Of a stretch of DNA of 64,000 bases, positions 12,861 through 25,290 are shown one piece after another. A model generated the notes under the pieces. It ran no database searches, was not told the origin of the DNA, and saw only the letters and a program-made list of their open reading frames with translations. The translations under genes were made by a program, and so were the position numbers. The stretch covers positions 39,434,001-39,498,000 of the forward strand of contig NC_087436.1 in the NCBI RefSeq assembly GCF_036321535.1, given 5' to 3'. The DNA comes from Camelus dromedarius (Eukaryota). Positions within the stretch are counted from its first letter, which is position 1. Every line of letters begins with the position of its first letter.

Positions 12861-13348
12861 TGTGGTAGCCAGCCTCAAAGATGGCGCCTAGTGATCTCCA
12901 CCTCCTGGAATTCACACCCCTCCTGCACTGTACCAGGGCTAGGTTACTATGTGAGTAATAGCATATGGCAGAAGTGATGGTATGTCACTTCTGAGATTAG
13001 GTTATAAGAGTTTTGGTCATTCTCTTGCTCTCTTGGATCATTGGCAGTGGAGGAAGCCAATGCCATGTTGCGAATGGCCTTATGGAGAATTCTAAATGTT
13101 GAGAAACTAAGGCCTCCAGCCAACAGCCTCATCAGTGAGCTTGGAAGAAGAGCCTCCAGCCCAGTCAAGCCCTTAGATAACTGCAGTCCCATCACCACTC
13201 ATTCATAAGAGACTGAGCCAGAACCACTCAGCTTAGGCACTCCCAGATTCCTGACTCCCAGAAGCTCTGTGAGATAATAAGTGCTTATTGTTTTAAGCCA
13301 CCAAGTTGTGGGACAAAAGTCTGTTACATTGCTATAGACATTAACACA
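12861..13348 (+). mobile_element. MaLR LTR (MLT1F-like)
   Basis: TGTGGTAGCCAGCCTCAAAGATGGC...GTCACTTCTGAGATTAGGTTATAA...TGTGAGATAATAA...TTTTAAGCCAC...AACACA. Confidence 0.8.
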
Positions 13349-13604
13349 ATTACCCATTCATCATTAGTCTCTAGAATCTATAGACTGAAATACCTGTGAA
13401 ATATAATTTAGCATGAAATTCCTGCCAGATAAAAGAATACAAACTAGGTGTAGTAAACTCAAATGCTTACAAAGTCCAGGCAGGTAGTGCTGAACTGAGG
13501 ACTGTTTCTCTAAGTCTAAGGATGGAAACAGCTATAGACATTTATTGCTATGTGGGAATTAAGGTTGCAATGTTGCCAGATCTTCTGATTTTTCAAGATG
13601 CGGT

Positions 13605-13840
13605 AAGGGGTTAGGGAGGGATAAACTGGGAGTCTAGGATTTGCAAATACTGACTACTATATATAAAATAAATAGACAACAAGGTCCTACTGTATAACAC
13701 AGGGAACTATATACAATATCTTGTGATAGCCTATAATAAAAAAGAATATGAAAAGAATATTTATGTATAACTAAATCACTATGCTGTACATGAGAAATTA
13801 ACACAATATTGTAAACCAACTATACTTCAATTTAAAAAAA
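13605..13840 (+). mobile_element. L1 3' UTR fragment with poly-A
   Basis: ACAACAAGGTCCTACTGTATAACACAGGGAACTATA...CAACTATACTTCAATTTAAAAAAAA. Confidence 0.85.
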
Positions 13841-13879
13841 ATGTAGTATACATAGGTTGACCTTTTCCCAAGTTCCCAG

Positions 13880-14316
13880 ATAATTAATCCAAGCTAATCA
13901 TAGCAAGTCTATCCTCCTAGCAGTGAATGTTTCAGGAACAGGCATGTGACCCAATAATGGCCTATAAGGTGTGAGGGGATATCTCCTAGGAAGCTTCTAG
14001 GAAAGATTACTTTGCTCCTGAAAAAGAGGCACAGAAAGAACAAGTCTCTTTTCCTCTTCTGAGCAGGGGCTCTATCTACATGTAATGTCTTGTTATTTGC
14101 CGGCAGTCTGAAGATGAAGTCAACACTAAGATGATCAAGCAGAGAGATAAAGGGCCTGGCAGCTCAATGGCATGGTTAGGCACTGAAGCAACCAACCTGG
14201 AGGACTTGGTGCTTCCTATTGCACCAGATCATATAGTCCTTTAAAATACCTGATTTTAAGCCAATTTGAGTTGAGGTGTCTCTTACTTGTAGCCAAAGCT
14301 TTCTAACAGATATACA
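13880..14316 (+). mobile_element. Old MaLR LTR (MLT1I/J-like)
   Basis: GGCATGTGACCCAA...GCTTCTAGGAAAGA...TTTAAGCCAATTTGAGTTG...TTACTTGTAGCCAAA...ATACA. Confidence 0.65.
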
Positions 14317-14467
14317 AGGGAAGCTGGTAATCCATTATTTTGTGGATGAGCTACTGATTTTTAAATAATGCATGAAGTTTAAATATTTTTAATACTTGAA
14401 TCTCTACCAAATAAAATACATCTGGATGGCATGCCCATCTTGCTGGCTGCTAGTTTGTAATCTCTCT

Positions 14468-14642
14468 CTCTCTCTTTTTTAAAACTAATTAGTTAATTTT
14501 TAACAAAGTTTAGGATTTTGTGGGGGATTAATTTTATTTATTTATTTTTTATTATTATTAAAAAAATTTTTTTTAAATGGAGGTACTGGGGATTGAATCT
14601 AAGACTCATGCATACTAAGCATGCACTGTATCACCCGCCCCC
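14468..14642 (-). mobile_element. tRNA-derived SINE (Vic-1-like)
   Basis: GGAGGTACTGGGGATTGAA...TAAGCATGCAC. TSD TGT(A/G)ATCTCTCT at 14456-14467 and 14643-14654. Confidence 0.8.
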
Positions 14643-14749
14643 TGTGATCTCTCTTCTAGACAATACACTACCATATTATAAAAATTTTAAAAAGCTCATT
14701 TGCATTTTTTTAAGATCTCATTTGTTCAATGACTGCCATTAAAAAAATA

Positions 14750-15280
14750 AGATTTTTTTGGTGGGGAGCAGTTTTAGATTTACAGCAAAATTGAGGGGGA
14801 AGGTACATGAACTTCCCATGTATCTTCTGCACCATTCATGCATAGCCTCCTCCATTATCAGCATCCCCACCAGAGTGATATATTTGTTACAGCTGATGAA
14901 CCTACATCATCACAACATAATCACTGGAAACCCAGAGTTTACAGTACAGTTCAGTCTTGCTGTTATACATTCTGTGTGTTTGGACAAATGTATAATGACA
15001 TGTATCCACATTCAGAGTATCACACAAAGTATTTTTACTGCCCTAAAAATTCTCTATGCTTTGTCTGTTCATCCAGCCATCCCCTGGCCCATCTCAACCC
15101 TTGGCAACCGTTGATCTTTTTACTGTCGCAATAGTTTTGCTTTTTCCAGAATGTCATATGGTTGAAATCATAGTCTTTTTCAGCTTGGCATAATTCACTG
15201 AGTGATAAGCATTTAGGGTCCCCTTCATGTCTTTTCATGCTGAGTAATTCTTTTCAATGCTGAATAATATTCCATTGCTT
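14750..15280 (-). mobile_element. Old L1 (L1MC-like) 3' region
   Basis: AGCAGTTTTAGATTTACAGCAAAATTGAG...TTTGGACAAATGTATAATGACATGTATCCAC...TTTTCCAGAATGTCATAT. Confidence 0.75.
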
Positions 15281-17451
15281 ACTGGCTGCCATTTAAAGGC
15301 CAATCACTATGGAATACATAATTCTTTCCATTGCAGAGTTTATAATGAAGAGGAGTCTGGAACAATGTGACTGTGATTGTGAAAATTCTGTGTGTACAGC
15401 ATGCCAGGCTAACACACATTTCAAGAGCAGAATTTGGTTAGGGAAGATTTCAGTTTGAACAGGGCTTTAAAGGATATGGGAAATTTTGTCAGACTGTCAA
15501 GAGTTTTGGTAACTTTGTGTTTATTGCAAAGAGCCAAGTGTCATGTGATTGTAGAAACGTTAATGTAATCATAGTGTGGTATTTGAAGCAAGGGTGACAT
15601 TGTTTTCCACTGAAATCTGCAATGGGCAAACATCTGAGTTATTGTTTTCAATTCTATGAGCTGCAGTTTACTGCCTTGATAATTGTCTTCACATACTTAA
15701 ATGATAGTCATTTGTTCTTTGTCCAGCACTTAACATACTGTTTCTAGTTCTTACAACTTTGTAAACTAGAACTATCTCCACATTATAGACAGGCAAACTA
15801 TATTTAAGAGAGGCTAGCAGTGATTGATGGATGACTGGGGAGCCAGGATCCCTAAATCCTATCTCCACGTCTGCCCGTAGGCCCCTCCCTCCCTTGCCCC
15901 AATCCTCAGGCAATAAGTTTCCCAGAGGGCATTTATGTGAGCAGGACAAGCCCAGGCAAACATAGGCTTTTACAATTAGCTGGGGCTTTTATCCCAAACT
16001 CCAAAGTAGTTTCCTAGTAGTATGCCAAAAGCCAAATAGCTGAAAAGCTTCTCTCTCTCCCTTTCAACCTCAACCCATGCCCCAATCTCACCTTTATGGT
16101 CCTTAAGATTGCAGTGATGAAGCAGGAAAAACACTAAGCAAAAGGAGGGAAAATAGTGCATTGATCATTTATGCTTATGCAGACTTCTTTACGTCTCATA
16201 AAATAATATTAATAAGGGAGTCTAGTAATGTGAATCAATTGCTTTTCTTTGGATTTGTCTGCTCCAAATCAGGGCATCTCTTTCCTGAAGATGGATAGAA
16301 GTAGGGGAGAAAGGAGTTGTTAGTGCCCTCTGCAGGCGAAGAAGATAATAAACAATTTAACAGGGATTTGAACTCAGGTCTGCTAGATTCTAGATTGACA
16401 ACAGAATTTGGGATCAGTAGGAGGGTAGAACCAGAATTACAGCTAGATAAAAGTAGCTTTCCACCTAGAGGCAACTTCTGGCTCAGTAGATGGGAAGATT
16501 TTCCCAACAATTTGGATTTTCTAGAGATGGAGTGTGCTGGCTTCCAAATAGGAATTTCCCCCATCAATAGTTTTCAGGAAATACCTGGAAGTCCGCTTGT
16601 CAGGATGCTCTGGGAAGGATTCCTGCAACTAACAGAAAGTCGGAGCTCTAAGTCTTTTTCAACACACAGATTCTGTGCATCCCAGATCCCTGGCAAGCAG
16701 TCCTAGCCAGGCTTTTCTTTCGATCTGTTTACACTTTTCGTCTTTGGCCACAGCCGACTTGCAACCGAGGGACTTGAAAACCACTCATGATCCTTAGGTA
16801 AACTCCTCAGGAGAAGTGTTCTAACTCAAAATAGTTAGTATTTCACTGGCTTTCAGGGACTAAGCTTGTTGGGAGGAGGAAAGAGAGAACGTATCAGAGA
16901 GGACTAGCGCTCAAGTGAGCAGAGCTCAGGCAGCCGCACATTTGTCATCCATCTTCAAGGGGAGCTGAGGTGCAGCAAGAGCAGAAGCATGACCGAAAGG
17001 GGAACCTGGACAAATTTCTTACTTTGTTGAGGTAGGTTTTCTTAATCTGAGGGGTTAAGAACTCAAAAGCAGTTACTGAGGCTGCTCTACCATAGTGAGT
17101 TGGCACGGACTGAGTACTAGGCTCACCAGTTTACATGCATTATCTTAGTAACCCCTCACAGAGATCCATCCTGCTAGCAGATCACTGTCCGCTTTTCCCA
17201 GATGTTGAGCCTCTGGCTTAGAGAAGTAATGAAGCTTGCCTAAGATCCCACAGTGAGTAGGTGTGAGAGCCAGATGAACCAGCGATTTCAAGGCTGAATT
17301 CACCTTTTTCTTTTCTTTTTTGGGGAGATATCTATAGTCCTCATATAGAGTATGTATCATTTGGATAAGCCTGGAAATGAATCTCTAGAATTAATTTCTA
17401 TACAGGGATTATATTAAAGTTAGATGAATTTTTAGAAATAAGTTGAAACTG

Positions 17452-17640
17452 GGTGAGAGAGGGGGTATAGCTCAGTGGTAGAGTGCATGCTTAGCATGCA
17501 CAAGGTTTTGGTTCAATCCCCAGTATCTCTATTAAAAATAGACAAATAAATAAATAAATCTAATTACCTCCCTCCCAAAAAAATTAATAAAGGGGAAAAA
17601 AGAAAATAAGACCAAGAAAAAAATCATTAAAAAAAAGGAA
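17452..17640 (+). mobile_element. tRNA-derived SINE (Vic-1-like)
   Basis: TATAGCTCAGTGGTAGAGTGCATGCTTAGCATGCACAAGG...GGTTCAATCCCCAG, (AAAT)n, CTAATTACC, A-rich tail. Confidence 0.85.
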
Positions 17641-18921
17641 ATCAAAAAAGATTCTGTTTTATAAAATTCAACTTTAAACAATGAGGAAAATAGAGCTCCA
17701 ATGCCCCCTTATGAACAATACGAATATGATTAGTCAGGCAGAAATTTTCTTTTGTCGTTGGACACCGTATGTAAGGTCAGCAGCCCTTATACAGGATTCT
17801 ATATGTAAACATAGAACAGCTCCTGTAGTTAGGGGTCCTCAGACATCTTCTTGGCGGAGGGCTGGCAAAGACGAGTGCGACCAATACAAAGCAGAGGGAT
17901 AAATTTTACCTCCACTGCCAGAGACCTCCTGCCACCAGAGGCCCTCTGCCCAAATAACTGAACAATTCACCCAGCAGTTCATTACTTATTTTCTGAGTCT
18001 TTCTTTCACTGAACTTTTAACTAAATATTATATGTTCTTTTATTGTATTTTCCCCTGCTCAAGGCCTGATTATGTTTTATAATTTCAAATCCTCACAGTT
18101 CCTAGACAGGGACTTATATTATTGATATTACTTGATATATTTCTTCTTGTATATGAAAGAGCAATGCTCAGTGTTCTTTTAACTAATTTTTTTCCCTGGG
18201 AATTGTACAAGTAAGTACTGTTCTTATGCCATATGTTTAAAACTTCTTAGCTTTTCCAAATGCAAGCAGTACCCAAATTGTGAATGGAACTTTTCCAAAA
18301 GTTAGTTGGTATACTGGTTTTTGGAACTCTAATATGCATCTTGGTTGCATTTCTGAATCGAACTACACAAGAGCTATACAGCCCATCATGTATGTGAAGT
18401 AAAATGATCTCCTAAACCACCATAAAACCAAATGTTCATATATAACAGAGTTGCCACAGGAAAGTACAGATGTGCAGGTGTGTCTGTGTCCCACCTCCAT
18501 CCCCAAGACTGCACACCTTCCTTGCTGGGACGTGGGCAGGCAGACTCCCCTCATCACTTTCCAAGGTTTTAGGCTGAGAGGCTGGGGAGAGTTGAGCTCT
18601 TGGGCCCCGAATCACTGAGGTTGCAGAGGTGACAAGAGGGATTATGGGGGCCTTCTAAGTGTAGTGGGAAATGCCTGTAAGATGTCATTTGTTTCTTTCT
18701 GTTCCCTCTCCTTGCTCATTTGTTGCTGCTGAAGGGGTTGGAGGGCAAAGGAAAATCGAGGGGAGTTCTCACAGTTATAATAAGGTGTTATTGCCTCCCC
18801 CTTTCCTTTGGCTTTGATGTTGGTGACAGAGGGTCAGGAGACTCTGAGGAGGGAGCTTTGGCTAGGTAGTGCCTAATCGAGGCAGAAGGAAAGGATCTCT
18901 CCCTGCAAACACCCCCCACCT

Positions 18922-18922
<1 letters not shown>

Positions 18923-18957
<35 letters not shown>
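18923..18957. repeat. (CA)n microsatellite, ~17 units
   Basis: Direct reading. Confidence 0.95.
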
Positions 18958-18959
<2 letters not shown>

Positions 18960-19765
18960 TGATGTGCCTGTAGTGGGAGGGAGAAATACATCTCAGGGAT
19001 TGGATTGGGAATTGGAAATCTTAAACAGCTGCATCTTGGTAGCAGCAAGGAGGAATGAAAGAAGAGAAGGAAGAAGGAAAAGATTAGCAGAGGAGGGGAG
19101 TAGTATGTAAAGAGCAGTTCTGTTTAAGTCATACTCTGCCTGTAAAACAGAGGGCAAAACCCACATTGAGGTCCCTAACTTCACAGTCCAATTACATACC
19201 TGCCATTTTATCTTCTAAGAAAGGTACGCTTAAAAACTTGAAGCGATTAAAACCAGATGTGGAATTTTCTGTGGGTAACTCCACTTTGTATGTGTCAGCT
19301 TTACAGTATGTTAAATGTAAGCAGACCTTGGAAAATCTCTTAGGTGTCCAGAGAGCTGGAGGAGAGGCCAGGCTGCACCAGGGTCCCTCCTTTCTGGACC
19401 TCAGACCTGAATTATACGCTATCTTCTCTTCTACTTACTTCTTTCTCATTATTTCCCCCTCTCTGAGGTACAAAGGTGTGTGGGAATTGGGTCTGCTTAC
19501 AGACCCCCAGGAAGCCATGGGTACAGGAGCCACGCAGGGAAGGGTTGCAGATGGGTCTAAGCAAGGCAGCCAGAATCCTAAGATGAGCCTTCCCTGGGCC
19601 ATTAAGTGAACGGCAGAAGGTCTGAAGGAAAAGGGTGACTCCTCTTAGAATTGTCACCTATTATACCAAGAATCTGTGATCGGTGAACTCTATTGACCCA
19701 CACTAAAATAAGGAAACAACCTCCTCCAGATAATGTATTTTACCTTCACTCTCTTCCCCAAGTAG

Positions 19766-20140
<375 letters not shown>

Positions 20141-21025
20141 CAACCCAGGAGAGTTTTAATTATGCTTTTGGAACCAGAAAAGTATTAGTTAAAAAAAAAA
20201 ATTAGTAGGTAAAATCATCTTGAGTAAAAACACCTTGATAAAGATTTGATAAATACACTCCTTGATTCCTAATATTATTCATTTGCCCATTCTCTCTGAA
20301 GTAAAATCAAATGTTTCACTAACTGGAGAGAAACATTTTAGAAACAGTAAGATGATTTGAAAACGTTACACGAAGATAGATTATTTGAGATGGGCGTAGG
20401 GAATTCACTCCTGTTCTAACTGAAATCCAGGTTTAAACAATAAACATTTAAGTCATGCTGAAGTTTCCTTCAGAGTACAGTATATTATCGTGCAGTAGTC
20501 CTTTTCCACACTGCAACATAATTATGCCAGCAAATAAAATATTACCTTCTTTATGGCCTTCCTTTTTCTTGTTTCACTTCAGTGGCATAGTCAGCAACAA
20601 CTGAAAGGGGAAATCCTAAAATCTAGTTCTGTGATTTTTAAAAATTCTAAGCAACATTTTTTTTTTTTTTTTTTTTTTTGCGGGGGGTCACTAGGGAAGC
20701 TGTTGAAAGGGTTTTGCTAAGGTCGAGCCAACAGCTACGAAATTGCAGCAGGCAGAGTACAGTTTGGAGTGGCAAATGAATAGGCTTAACTCAAGTCCCT
20801 TGCCGGGCAGAAACGAGGCAGGTGTTAGAGGGATGGACTTTTTGGATAGGATGGAGACCCGAACGGATGAAGTCTTCTCTGGTTAGAAAGGAAATTTGGT
20901 ATTAAGAGGGCCTCACTGAATCCCAATAATAACCAAACAACTGGTGGTATTTCAGGACACCGGGTGGAAAGTGGGAGGCAGGAAGCAGAAAGGCTCAAGC
21001 TACTTTCCCTGGGTGGGTTCAGGAA

Positions 21026-21140
21026 TTTAATTTCAGCAAATGTTTATCGGAGCCTAATAAGTGTTGGCCACGGTGTTAAGCACTGGGATATACAGCGGAA
21101 CGAAACATGGTCTTGTCCTTGAGGAGCTCACAGCTCAGTA
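21026..21140 (-). mobile_element. L2 3' end at the edge of the CpG island
   Basis: TTCAGCAAATGTTTAT...TAAGCACTGGGATATACAGCGGAACGAAAC...CCTTGAGGAGCTCACAG. Confidence 0.7.
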
Positions 21141-21821
21141 AAATGGCTGCAGCATTCCGCGTGGGCTTTGATAACTTTTACCCCGGGACTTATCAGAGGA
21201 GAGTTTCAACTAAATCCACCCCCACTTTTCTTCTAAAGATTTCAGAACAGAGGAAACGAGGGCGGCACGGAGCTGGTGGCAGGCTTGGCAGCCGCCAGAC
21301 ACGGGACTATGGTGATGTTGCCAGCTGGCAAGGGGCAGCCAAGACCGTCCCCCGCGTTGGCACCTTCGGGCTTGGCTCGGGCAGTGAAGCCGCGGCGGTG
21401 CCAGCAGCTGGTCTGGCCGGGCCGGACGGGCTGACAGCCCGGAGCCGGGCAGGGACCGAGCTGAGGTCCGGCCCTGGGGCGACAATGCGTGCCTCGCGCC
21501 CGCAGCCAGGGGGCAGAGTTTCCGGGCTCGTGCCAATGCCGGCTACCTGGGGCTCGGGCCCCGCCACTGCCCGCCGGGTCTCCGCCTTCTCCTTCGCTGG
21601 TCCTCTCCACCAGCCCAGTCTCCGCGGAGCCCAAGATTTCCCCGCCCGCGACCACTCCCAAGGCGCAGGAGCAGAGGCGCGGCAGGGGACTCGCGGCGGG
21701 AGGCGAGCTGAGTAGAGGGAGGCGGTCCGCGCGCGGGGGACGGGAGGGGGCTAGAGTAGGGGATTCCAGGGACCCGCAGCCCCGCCCCCTCCTCTCCTCT
21801 ACGCCCGCGGAGCCGGGGAGC

Positions 21822-21914
21822 ATGGACCAAACCCCGCTGCTCTGGCACCATGACGCTCGCCCGCTTTGCGGTGGCTCTGATTTTCTGGGTGCTCCCCGGA
21901 GTGGTCAGCTTTGA
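21822..21914 (+). other. Out-of-frame upstream ORF (30 aa) overlapping the PRSS12 start
   Basis: GGAGCATGG at 21822, 28 nt upstream of the main ATG. MDQTPLLWHHDARPLCGGSDFLGAPRSGQL, stop TGA at 21912-21914. The ORF is certain; its translation is not shown. Confidence 0.55.
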
Positions 21915-22351
21915 CCCGGTCCTCAGTTATCCCCTCCACCACCACCATCGCCATTCGCCCCCTCCGGGTCCCCAGTACCCCTATTACCTGCCTACCTTGC
22001 AGCGGCCACTGAGGACGCCTCCGCCTGCCCCTCTTCCGCGCGTCCTGCGCCCCCAGCCGGCGCTCCATGCCCCGCGCCTGCACGCCCTCCACGCGGGGCG
22101 CACGCCCGGGCCACACCCTGGGGGCTGCCCCGCTGGCGAGCCCTGGGTCAATGTGACAGACCTCGGGGCCCCTTGTCTGCACTGGGCAGAGGTGCCACCT
22201 TTCCTCGAGCGGTCGCCCCCGGCTGCCTGGGCTCAACTGCGAGGGCAGCACCACAACTTTTGCCGGAGCCCCGACGGCGCGGGCAGACCCTGGTGCTTCT
22301 ATGGGAACGCCCACGGCAAGGTGGACTGGGGCTACTGCGACTGCAGACACG
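21850..22351 (+). CDS. PRSS12: Neurotrypsin coding exon 1 (signal peptide, His/Pro-rich segment, kringle domain)
   Basis: ATG in GCACCATGA. Translates MTLARFAVALIFWVLPGVVSFD...HHHHRHSPPPGP...CPAGEPW...NFCRSPDGAGRPWCFY...WGYCDCRH (6-Cys kringle). Donor G|GTGAGT after 22351. 502 nt, phase 1. Confidence 0.97.
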
Positions 22352-25129
22352 GTGAGTGGCCTCGGGGCAGCGGCGGCGACTCGGAACTGGCGGGGAACAA
22401 GCTTGGTTAGGAGAGGGCGCTAGGTGTTGAAGAGGGGGAGTGAGAGGGTGTGGGGTTGCGGGTTTGCGTTGCTCAGTGTGGTGTTGGGCTCTGAGTTACC
22501 AGCTAAGTACATTCCTACCTTGACTCTAAATTAGCAAAGCCGCTTTGTGTGTGAAAGTTGTCCGGGGTGATAGTTTCTCGGCAAGTTGCTGCGCTCTGGC
22601 TTCCTGGATAAGGTCGTGTTTCTGGCCACTGTTTGTATGTGTGTTTGTGTGCGCGCGTGCGTTGCGAGTGTGTTCTCTGGATCAGCTTGCCTTGAGAATT
22701 TTACCATATTTATCCATATTTACGGAGAAGAAGTAAAGCAAAGGAGGGGATACTTTCTAATTACTTGTTTTGGAAAGGGAAATATTAAATCCAATATGAC
22801 AACCAATAACCACCCTCCCCCCACCCCCGACCCCCGTAGACCCGATTTGGGAAAATGTGGTAAAATTTCTGTCTTAACTCCCACCATTGACATGTATTTG
22901 AAAAAGTCTGGCAAAATATCCGGGTGAAAATACAGCTGGTCAAAATGCTGTTCACGGTTCTTGGGCACAGTACGGTAAATATCAATAGTGAGTGAAGAAA
23001 AAAGAAAGGGAAAGAGATAGGAATAGTAACTATCATAGGGCAGGAGCAACTTGTTATAGTCAAGTGCAGTTCAGGAATGCCCCTATTCAGCTGTATACCT
23101 TATTTGTGGACAATCTGGGTTAGTTGGTAAAGAATAAAGTTGGTAAGATATTTTGGTTTTGTGATAATAAAAGTGTCACATTAATATATTTAAATGCAGG
23201 TGAATAATTTGCCTTTGAATCATGCTTCGTTTTGAGTTGTTGGGGTTTTGTTTAAAATTCGGGCTTTCTCCCCCTCTCCTTTTATAGCTATGGAAGAAAA
23301 ACCTTATGACCTTCAAAGTTGGATTTCCCTTAATAAATTTTTTTTTTGGCAGCTCTCCACCCAAGCTGTGGGGCAGAGGTTTCGTTAATCGTGACTCTGA
23401 GATATGTCCTGCTTTGTACCTTTTGGAGGTAATTTGGAGGTTAACTTTCACAGGGCCATTCTTTCCCTTCAGAAATTTTTATTTATCTGTGCCTTCAATT
23501 GCATTAGTGCTTTGAGTTAAAGGAAAGTGATGGGAAGGTTAAGATCAATTATCCTTCATCCTAGAGAATGAAGTCATCGCTCTACTTGTGTTTCACAGAC
23601 AGAATGCCAATGTGGCTATAAAAAATTTGAGATAATAGCAAGCAGAGAGCCCTAGCATTGTTTCATTATTTACTGTAAGAGATAATTTGTAATAGAATCT
23701 CATGTTTGGCAAACATTGACAGTTTTTTCATTTTACTATTGTATTTCATATTTCCTATTATAATAGAAGTAAATGGAATTCAAAGTTAAAGCACTAGAGT
23801 GATCTATTGTGTTCTTTCTGATATGTAAGTGTTTTAACTTTATATTCCAGAGGAGAGTAGCTTGTCCTTTGATTCTCCCCAGCCTCTTGTATTGAAAAGA
23901 AATTTAAACCTAACAACAGCATGGACTGTTTGTGGATGTCTTTATGTTCATAGCTAATTGTCACTAGACAAAACTCCGAACACTGCTTAAGTCTGTGTAC
24001 TTCCTGGAGTAAAGTGACTGAACACAAAAGAAGCAAAAGAAACCACCCAAGATGGGAGATAAATGCCTCCCCCTGCCAACAAATATAAAAACACAACAAC
24101 AGCAACAACAACCAGGAAAGCAATCTGCTGGCTATGTAATAATTTAATTACTTTCATAGACTCAGTCTTGATAACCCATTCTGTCATTTATTCCTCATGT
24201 TCTGATTGGGCATAATTCATGCTTTCAAAATGACTGGCTATTCTGAACCATATAGCTTTCTTGGTTGTACATTTCCCTTAGGAGTGTGAACAAAGCTGTC
24301 ATGGAGTGGTGAGAAGAATATGGAATTGTGCTTTAGAAAACACTGGTATCCGCTTTGGATCTGCCAGTAGCTACTCTGTGTTGAGTAAGATTCTTAACCC
24401 CCAGAGCTTTGGTTTCTTTATCTGGAGAAAGGCAGTTTTGGAATAGATTTATTGAAAAAACTTTCCCAGTTACCAAAACAACCTGGCCCGATAATAGCAG
24501 GTAGGATTTATTGAGCATTCACTCTGTGTTGGATGCTTAGCTAAACATTTTACATATTAGTCTTCTCATTTAATTCTCATAGCAACATTATAAGATAGTG
24601 GATATTTTTACTCCACAGCTTATTTTGTTCTTTAATTATATAAGCATGTAGAAATATCTGTGCTGTCTAATGGTCCTATTTTTGCAGCTTAAGGGCTAGT
24701 CTAAAAGGAAGGAGAAAGGAAATTATATTTGGTCCAGTGCACATGATTTCTAGTCTCTTATGATTTGAAAATATCTAGTTTTTTTTCTTTCTTTTCTTTT
24801 TCTTTTTTCTTTACGAGAAACAATTAGAACAAAAGGAAAGAAAATTTATTGTAATGAAATCCCTCCTTTAATAAACTGGAGACTAAAGTCATGTATCTGG
24901 TTACATTGAGAGAAATGAGGAAGTTGGTGCTCTTGAGGTGGAGAGTTGGTTGAAGGCTAGTGGAAGGGGTGGTAGGGGATCTCAGGTAAGCCAGGTGGGG
25001 CGTGGACACTCCAGTGGCTCCAACGTCTGAGAACGAGAAAGAGGATGCCTGGGCTCTCATTGTGTAAAACTTGCAAATTAGTAGTAAAGAATCATTCCAG
25101 GGATTGCAACACCCTGAATCAGCCCAGGG

Positions 25130-25290
25130 AACTAGTTCTCACAGTGAGCATTAGAACCACGTGGGGGCTTATTAAAATGCAGATTCCTGGGCTCCAGCCT
25201 CCCGAGACTCCGATTATATAAGCTTAGGAATCTGGCTCAGGAATGTGCATTTCTAATGAGCCGTCAAGATGATTAGTGCTGAAGACCCTT
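25130..25290. mobile_element. MER5-like hAT element
   Basis: GCATTAGAACCAC...TTAAAATGCAGATTCCTGGGCTCCA...CAGGAATGTGCATTTCTAA. Confidence 0.7.

Larger units (their letters stand above)
21250..22420. promoter_or_regulatory. PRSS12: CpG island promoter / first exon of PRSS12
   Basis: Abrupt switch to very GC- and CpG-rich sequence around the start codon. GC box CCCCGCCCC at 21780-21788. No obvious TATA box. Confidence 0.9.

Noticed and set aside
17461..17530. tRNA-like sequences with A and B boxes (also at 34084, 39878, 43583, 46350, 60975)
   Set aside because: SINE heads with A-rich tails, mostly with TSDs, and no intact cloverleaf; not tRNA genes.
21107..22350. Several long overlapping ORFs on both strands around the promoter (202, 193, 183, 141 aa)
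   Set aside because: Expected in a GC-rich CpG island with few stop codons and no recognisable domains. Only the ATG-initiated tail of the 141-aa frame is kept, as the uORF.
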